DNA of 39,933 nt, taken from positions 1 to 39,933 of IMG/VR virus record IMGVR_UViG_3300032232_000427. One strand, written 5' to 3'. The translations under genes were made by a program, and so were the position numbers. The notes under the pieces were generated by a model. That model saw nothing but the letters and a program-made list of their open reading frames with translations, did no database searches and was not told the DNA's origin. This DNA comes from a virus. Lineage: Duplodnaviria > Caudoviricetes. Numbering within the stretch: position 1 is the first letter of the stretch; the number at the start of each line of letters is the position of its first letter. Shown in pieces: positions 35,855-39,933 of the stretch.

Positions 35855-36054
35855 ATGTATTTTGCTCTCTCAGCTAAGAAGTGCTTGGCGACTGAGAAAG
35901 CAGCGTCAACGTCTTCCGCAAAATCAGTCTGGTCATTTGAAACCATAAACGGCAGCACCTCAAGTGCTACCCGCTCAAGCATGGTCATGTCACGGGCAAA
36001 GCCGCCGGTCTTCTCTAACCAGGGTTGGTAGTCTTTGTCATCAAGGCTCTTCAT
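35851..36054 (-). CDS. Small acidic hypothetical protein inside the modification cluster
   Basis: AGGAG SD and ATGA overlaps on both sides. Confidence 0.65.
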   Translation of the reverse strand: MKSLDDKDYQPWLEKTGGFARDMTMLERVALEVLPFMVSNDQTDFAEDVDAAFSVAKHFLAERAKYI

Positions 36055-37007
36055 ACGGGTCTCCTAGTGTAAAAGGGTTCAACAATCTTTGTGTCTGGGG
36101 CGCTGCCTACAATCCAGAACGCGGTGCTATCATCATAATCCAACTGGTTATGATGTGTCAACCAGCGCCACATCTTAGCCTCGTAGGTCGGGTGAAACTT
36201 GATACCGTCATAGTTCTCACCGGTAAAGTGATCACTGTACTTGCTGTAGCCGTTGTCGTGCAGACTGTAATGCTTCCACTTGAACGGCAGTTTGTCAACG
36301 TCAATACCGATGTACGCAAGGCGCTTACGCATCCAGCCGCGCTTGTCAGGACCGATGCCGATGGTAAACAACTCATCAATGTTGTGCGGGTCACGGCTCA
36401 ACCCGAGCATGATGCTCGTCAGCGAGTTACAAGACCCGGCAGGAGCGATGAGGCGCTTGACTTCAGGCGGGACGCTGGTAGTTTGATGAGCGCCGACCTC
36501 GTGAAACTTACGCACGTCATCTTCAGAGTAACGGTCATGCGGCACGGTGATACCGTACTCAACAACGAGCGAAGTGGGCTGCGTCAGGTCAACCACCTTA
36601 CGTTGTATGATAGGATTGTACGGACCAGAAGCGTATTCAAACTCAGCGTCAAAACCGTAGGCGATGCGCGGGTTCTCGTGACGCAACACAGTCTCAGGTT
36701 TGCTGTATACGATTTGACGGGCGCGTAACCCGTAGTGTGCACCAACGATGGCGCTCATGCTCAGCTGAGGGGACTGAATACTTGCGCCGGTGACAATGTG
36801 GGTCTTACCTGCGCGAAACTTGTTAACGTACCAAATCAGCTGGCGCATCTTTGAGCCGTTAGGACCGCTGTAGCCGAGCGGGGCAAAGTAGTCATCACGC
36901 TTGAACCAGAGACCCTTACGGTTCTCCCATGGTGTCTGCGTGCCAAGGTGTTGCTCCCACTTGACTACGTTGCGGTCAAGCGCCAGCTCAGGAAATACCG
37001 TATTCAT
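36051..37007 (-). CDS. PLP-dependent fold-type-II enzyme (predicted decarboxylase of amino-acid-modified thymine)
   Basis: TP...LWFKRDD...GPNGSKMR (Schiff-base Lys as in the ACC deaminase / D-Cys desulfhydrase family), phosphate loop APAGSCNS, FHPTYEAK, FWIVG. Confidence 0.8.
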   Translation of the reverse strand: MNTVFPELALDRNVVKWEQHLGTQTPWENRKGLWFKRDDYFAPLGYSGPNGSKMRQLIWYVNKFRAGKTHIVTGASIQSPQLSMSAIVGAHYGLRARQIVYSKPETVLRHENPRIAYGFDAEFEYASGPYNPIIQRKVVDLTQPTSLVVEYGITVPHDRYSEDDVRKFHEVGAHQTTSVPPEVKRLIAPAGSCNSLTSIMLGLSRDPHNIDELFTIGIGPDKRGWMRKRLAYIGIDVDKLPFKWKHYSLHDNGYSKYSDHFTGENYDGIKFHPTYEAKMWRWLTHHNQLDYDDSTAFWIVGSAPDTKIVEPFYTRRPV

Positions 37008-37240
37008 TCTGACTCCCTTATAAAAAGTGAAATACCAAACAACGCATAACCGGCGTCTTCAGGAAAAGGCGCACCATGCGACACTACCAAATTAGTGTCA
37101 ATCGCATCGTTAAAACCGTCAACCGGACTGATGTAAAACTTGACTGTAAACGGGTCAGTCCGTACGGCGGCGATGCCTACAATCCCTTTACCGCTGCTAA
37201 ACCACTTCGTACGTAACAGCTCTGGTGGGTTTTCATTCAT
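37004..37240 (-). CDS. Hypothetical protein (78 aa)
   Basis: ATGA overlaps on both sides. Confidence 0.65.
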   Translation of the reverse strand: MNENPPELLRTKWFSSGKGIVGIAAVRTDPFTVKFYISPVDGFNDAIDTNLVVSHGAPFPEDAGYALFGISLFIRESE

Positions 37241-37665
37241 TTCTTAGAGCCTTTGATGTTGACGAGCATAAAGCTACGGTCATTGATTTCAATAATCCTC
37301 TGCTCACCGGTTTTAGCGGCGGCGTAGAGCTGAGCGGTCAAGCGGTCTTGCTGAGCGCTGGTCATCCAGTCAGGATTGTCACGCCACATCTGGTACGCGT
37401 TCTTCCAAGCCTGACCGGTGTTCACGCAGATGATCGTGCGGTCGAGCTTGAGCGAGTCTTTCATAACGGGGCGGTTAGAAGTATCAGCAAATTGTTTAAT
37501 CACTTTACCGGTGGGGGTGGGTAAGAGCAAGCTCTCAAACAGCTCAATGCAACGCCGCTCAGCGGTCTTACGGTCGCTAAACCGCTTGATTGGAGTCGTA
37601 CTGTGCCGGTTATAAAACGAAACCAGTTGAGGTGTCGTCATGCTGGAAAAGTTTACTGTGTTCAT
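37237..37665 (-). CDS. Hypothetical early protein (142 aa)
   Basis: GGAG SD; basic N-terminal LVSFYN...IKRFSDRKTAERR segment. Confidence 0.7.
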   Translation of the reverse strand: MNTVNFSSMTTPQLVSFYNRHSTTPIKRFSDRKTAERRCIELFESLLLPTPTGKVIKQFADTSNRPVMKDSLKLDRTIICVNTGQAWKNAYQMWRDNPDWMTSAQQDRLTAQLYAAAKTGEQRIIEINDRSFMLVNIKGSKK

Positions 37666-37683
37666 TTCAAATCTCCAAGGAAT

Positions 37684-37860
37684 TTATTTGGTCCAGTGAC
37701 TTGCAAGGCAAGTAGCTTTGAGGTTGTTGTAGTCAGTGTGCACTTTGTTTTGTAGGCGGTCGCAGTAGGCGGCTTCTTCGATAAGCGCGTCCTCGTAATC
37801 AAACGTACCGACCAAGCCAAAGGCGATCAAGATGAGCAGGAATAAAATGCGTGAGACCAT
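37684..37860 (-). CDS. Small membrane-anchored or exported protein (58 aa), below the ORF-track cut-off
   Basis: MVSRILFLLILIAFGLVGTFDYEDALIEEAAYCDRLQNKVHTDYNNLKATCLASHWTK; preceded by the start-associated repeat with GGAG; fills the gap exactly. Confidence 0.75.
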   Translation of the reverse strand: MVSRILFLLILIAFGLVGTFDYEDALIEEAAYCDRLQNKVHTDYNNLKATCLASHWTK

Positions 37861-37865
37861 GTGAG

Positions 37866-37885
37866 TTCTCCAGTTATTGAGTTAT
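37866..37885 (-). repeat. Start-associated 20-bp repeat copy (ATAACTCAATAACTGGAGAA)
   Basis: Identical to 38921-38940 and 39131-39150; 5 nt before ATG. Confidence 0.9.
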
Positions 37886-38706
37886 TACCAGCCGAACTTG
37901 TCGGCGCAGATTGGACCGATACCGCGAGCAACGCTCTCAGGATTAGTCAGCTCTCGGTTACAAATGCAGCAATGACCGGTCAAGTGACCGTATGCCTCAG
38001 CTGCGCCTACAGGATCGTTGATCAATGACACGACCTTCTGTTCTTGCTCGGTGCCGCACTCACGCACTTTTATGAAGCGACCATCAGCCACTTTACCGAG
38101 GTACGCACCATACTCAGTGACGTAGAGCGCACCAGGATTCTTGCTGCTCTCGCCCGCAGGTTTGATGACCATTTCACCCATGGTTATGCGTGGCCACTTG
38201 AGACCTTTAGCCTTGGCGTTGCGGAATGACTGCTCAAGACGCTCAGAGGTAACCTCTGGCGCTGCGGCTTCGCGCTCAGCGCGTTCTTTAGCCCACTGCT
38301 GTTTACGCTCTGCAGACTTCTGAGTGAGGCGCTGCACAGTTTCCATTTGGCGCTCAGTCAGGTCGCCATAAGCGTAGACCGCATCAACCATAGACTTAGC
38401 GAAGTCAAAGCTGGCAGCAGACTCGTTCATCCACGCGGCTTCAGCGGGGTGGGCTACGAACCACTGCTCAGCACGCTCGCGGAGTTCAGCTTCCTTTTTA
38501 GCCTTAGCGCGAGCGGCGGCTTCGCGAGCCTTAGCGCGTTCGTCTGAGGAGGTTTTGAACAGCTTAAAGCCAGCGCCGTTGCACATGGTGCAGCGCAGAT
38601 CACCGGTGCAGTCGCCAAAGCCCTTCCAGCGACCGTCACCGCCACACTTAGCGCAGGTTTCGCGATAGCCCTGCTCGACTTCTACTGAGTTGTCAATCGT
38701 GTTCAT
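37885..38706 (-). CDS. Zn-finger protein with DnaJ-like CxxCxGxG pair and C-terminal DUF6011-like domain
   Basis: CAKCGGDG and CTMCNGAG; C-terminal GHCCICNRELTNPESVARGIGPICA. Confidence 0.8.
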   Translation of the reverse strand: MNTIDNSVEVEQGYRETCAKCGGDGRWKGFGDCTGDLRCTMCNGAGFKLFKTSSDERAKAREAAARAKAKKEAELRERAEQWFVAHPAEAAWMNESAASFDFAKSMVDAVYAYGDLTERQMETVQRLTQKSAERKQQWAKERAEREAAAPEVTSERLEQSFRNAKAKGLKWPRITMGEMVIKPAGESSKNPGALYVTEYGAYLGKVADGRFIKVRECGTEQEQKVVSLINDPVGAAEAYGHLTGHCCICNRELTNPESVARGIGPICADKFGW

Positions 38707-38915
38707 GCTTTCACCTCAGCTTTAGGCAGGGTGGCGAACTCAGCGAGGGTAACGATACGCACAGTACCTTTGTCCATAGCGTGATTCCAATTTTTAGCGC
38801 GAACAAAACGGATCGCTTGTAAAAATGTGCAAGGGATAGTCCTGTCTGACCAAGTATTGTCATAGTCGCTATGCATCACGACTAAGTAGTCTTTTTTCCA
38901 TGAGGTGCTTTTCAT
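38703..38915 (-). CDS. Hypothetical early protein (70 aa)
   Basis: Preceded by the start-associated repeat; ATGA overlap downstream. Confidence 0.7.
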   Translation of the reverse strand: MKSTSWKKDYLVVMHSDYDNTWSDRTIPCTFLQAIRFVRAKNWNHAMDKGTVRIVTLAEFATLPKAEVKA

Positions 38916-38920
38916 AATAA

Positions 38921-38940
38921 TTCTCCAGTTATTGAGTTAT
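38921..38940 (-). repeat. Start-associated 20-bp repeat copy
   Basis: Exact copy; 5 nt before ATG 38915. Confidence 0.9.
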
Positions 38941-39125
38941 TAAAGAACAAACTGAGGCTGCTCAACAGTCATCTCGTAACCTAAGTCAACGAGCTTGTGC
39001 AAGGCGGCGTTGGTGAACGTCTTAGTACCGATAAGCTCGGCGAGCTTCTTAGCGGTATCACAGACGGGGTAAACGACTGTGGTGCCGTAATTTTTAGTAA
39101 CGCGGATGGTGATGGTTTGTGTCAT
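38940..39125 (-). CDS. Hypothetical early protein (61 aa), first gene after the leftward promoter
   Basis: Preceded by the start-associated repeat; NYG...YPVC...AELIGTKT pattern. Confidence 0.75.
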   Translation of the reverse strand: MTQTITIRVTKNYGTTVVYPVCDTAKKLAELIGTKTFTNAALHKLVDLGYEMTVEQPQFVL

Positions 39126-39130
39126 GTCAG

Positions 39131-39150
39131 TTCTCCAGTTATTGAGTTAT
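39131..39150 (-). repeat. Start-associated 20-bp repeat copy
   Basis: Exact copy; 5 nt before ATG 39125. Confidence 0.9.
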
Positions 39151-39181
39151 CATGGCCAGCACTACGCCAACCAATGAATGA

Positions 39182-39211
39182 ATTATAGCATGAAAGTTTC
39201 AAAGAAGGCAA
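39182..39211 (-). promoter_or_regulatory. Leftward early sigma70-like promoter
   Basis: Minus strand TTGCCT-18-TATAAT with extended -10 (TGC-TATAAT) and an A-rich UP-like tract upstream. Confidence 0.75.
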
Positions 39212-39324
39212 GCATTATTTTTTAAAACCCTTCAGCGCAGTTGGGTATTGGTGTTTCCCCCTATGAAAATGAGCTTTGCGCGGCGGTTAATTCACTGCCG
39301 GCAAAAATAAATTTTCAAACTTGT

Positions 39325-39353
39325 TTGCTTTTTTCAAAATTGTCAGGCATAAT
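39325..39353 (+). promoter_or_regulatory. Rightward sigma70-like promoter for the helicase
   Basis: TTGCTT (39325-39330), 17 nt, CATAAT (39348-39353), AT-rich upstream. Confidence 0.7.
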
Positions 39354-39384
39354 TCGCGGTGATAACGTATAACTTGGAGCTTGA

Positions 39385-39933
39385 ATGCAACTCAGATTTT
39401 ACCAGCAAGACGCCTACGACGCCGCTATAGCGTCCCTAGGGGAAGCACACCACCCGGTGCTTCAACTTGCTACCGGTACGGGCAAGTCGCTCATCATTGC
39501 CGCTCTAGCGGAACACTATAAGAAAACCGACCGCCGCGTTTGGGTGCTCACTCACGTTCAACAGCTGGTTGAGCAGAACGCCGTCACCTATGAGCGCTAT
39601 AGTGGATTTAAGCCTGGAATAGTTTGCGCTGGACTCAAACGTAAAGACCGTTTTGAGCCGGTCACCTTTGCCACCATTCAAAGCATACTGGGTGTTCAGG
39701 CTGAGATGCACCCGCCTGACCTCATCATCATTGACGAGGCTCACCGCGTACCGCACAACAAGGGCGAGCGTTCGCTCTACGAGTCAGTGCTGCACCGCTA
39801 CCGTGACGCGGGGCGCGTGGCTATGACGGCTACGCCGTGGCGCATGGACAACGGAGTCATTCACGGGGATGGTGACCAGTTCTGGTTTGATCAACTCGCC
39901 TATAGCTATACCGTACCTCAAGCCGTAGGCGAC
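39385..39933 (+). CDS. SF2 DEAH-box helicase (RadD/YejH-like), truncated by the window end
   Basis: MQLRFYQQDA (Q motif), Walker A ATGTGKS, LTHVQQLVEQN, FATIQS, IIIDEAH, motif III MTATP; GGAG SD; open to the end. Not in the ORF track. Confidence 0.9.
   Translation, partial: MQLRFYQQDAYDAAIASLGEAHHPVLQLATGTGKSLIIAALAEHYKKTDRRVWVLTHVQQLVEQNAVTYERYSGFKPGIVCAGLKRKDRFEPVTFATIQSILGVQAEMHPPDLIIIDEAHRVPHNKGERSLYESVLHRYRDAGRVAMTATPWRMDNGVIHGDGDQFWFDQLAYSYTVPQAVGD

Larger units (their letters stand above)
1..39933. mobile_element. Segment of a tailed dsDNA bacteriophage genome with podovirus-like virion genes
   Basis: Densely packed, mostly overlapping ORFs form two converging modules (virion/lysis on +, replication/modification on -). 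Adaptor-, nozzle- and ejection-type genes are present. No sheath, tail tube or tape measure gene and no host genes recognised. Confidence 0.95.

Noticed and set aside
35964-36728. Long antisense/overlapping ORFs in the track (for example 35964-36728 +, 28136-28819 +, 3356-3904 -, 28030-28383 -, 39505-39756 -)
   Set aside because: They shadow well-supported genes, lack convincing SD sites or motifs, and are expected from codon bias.
37866-39150. 20-bp repeats as a CRISPR array or att sites
   Set aside because: The spacers are whole genes of unequal length, each repeat contains an SD at fixed distance from a start codon, and no integrase is seen.
39281-39310. Hairpin CGGCGGT-TAATTC-ACTGCCG in the divergent gap as a terminator
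   Set aside because: It is followed by an A-run on the plus strand and has no downstream U-tract on the minus strand.
1-39933. tRNA/rRNA genes, self-splicing introns, inteins, or recoded stop codons
   Set aside because: Intergenic gaps are short with no cloverleaf seen; the polymerase, helicase fragment and thymidylate-synthase homologue are uninterrupted; genes tile completely under the standard code.
1-39933. Specific host or taxonomic assignment (gene style suggests an aquatic proteobacterial phage)
   Set aside because: Impression only; it cannot be supported without database comparison.

Overview
The whole window reads as one continuous stretch of a dsDNA tailed bacteriophage genome (about 50% GC by eye; no host housekeeping genes, RNA genes, integrase, terminase, portal or major capsid gene seen). 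1-25661 (+) is a podovirus-style virion module: the end of a probable capsid-accessory gene, head-tail adaptor-like genes, several tail-fibre and FN3-based receptor-binding proteins, a Dps/ferritin-like gene, a holin plus M15-peptidase lysis cassette, a nozzle-like protein, a GNAT and four large internal (ejection) proteins. 25702-39125 (-) is a converging early/replication module: RuvC-like resolvase, Cas4-like exonuclease, DUF669-type SSB, Sak4-like ATPase, family-B DNA polymerase and small early genes. A truncated SF2 helicase starts divergently at 39385 (+). The main find is a compact thymidine-hypermodification cluster at 31519-37007: PLP fold-II enzyme, amino acid:DNA transferase, P-loop kinase, 5-hmdU DNA kinase, dUMP hydroxymethylase, HD nucleotidase and DUF3310. 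It has no radical-SAM or flavin enzyme, so it predicts an amine-modified thymine (possibly ViI-like aminoethoxymethyl-U, or a new adduct) in a podovirus-like phage. Non-coding signals include a covarying hairpin-plus-UGCYA element found three times, a 20-bp start-associated repeat between early genes, and five sigma70-like promoters. All family calls come from motif recognition by eye, not database searches.
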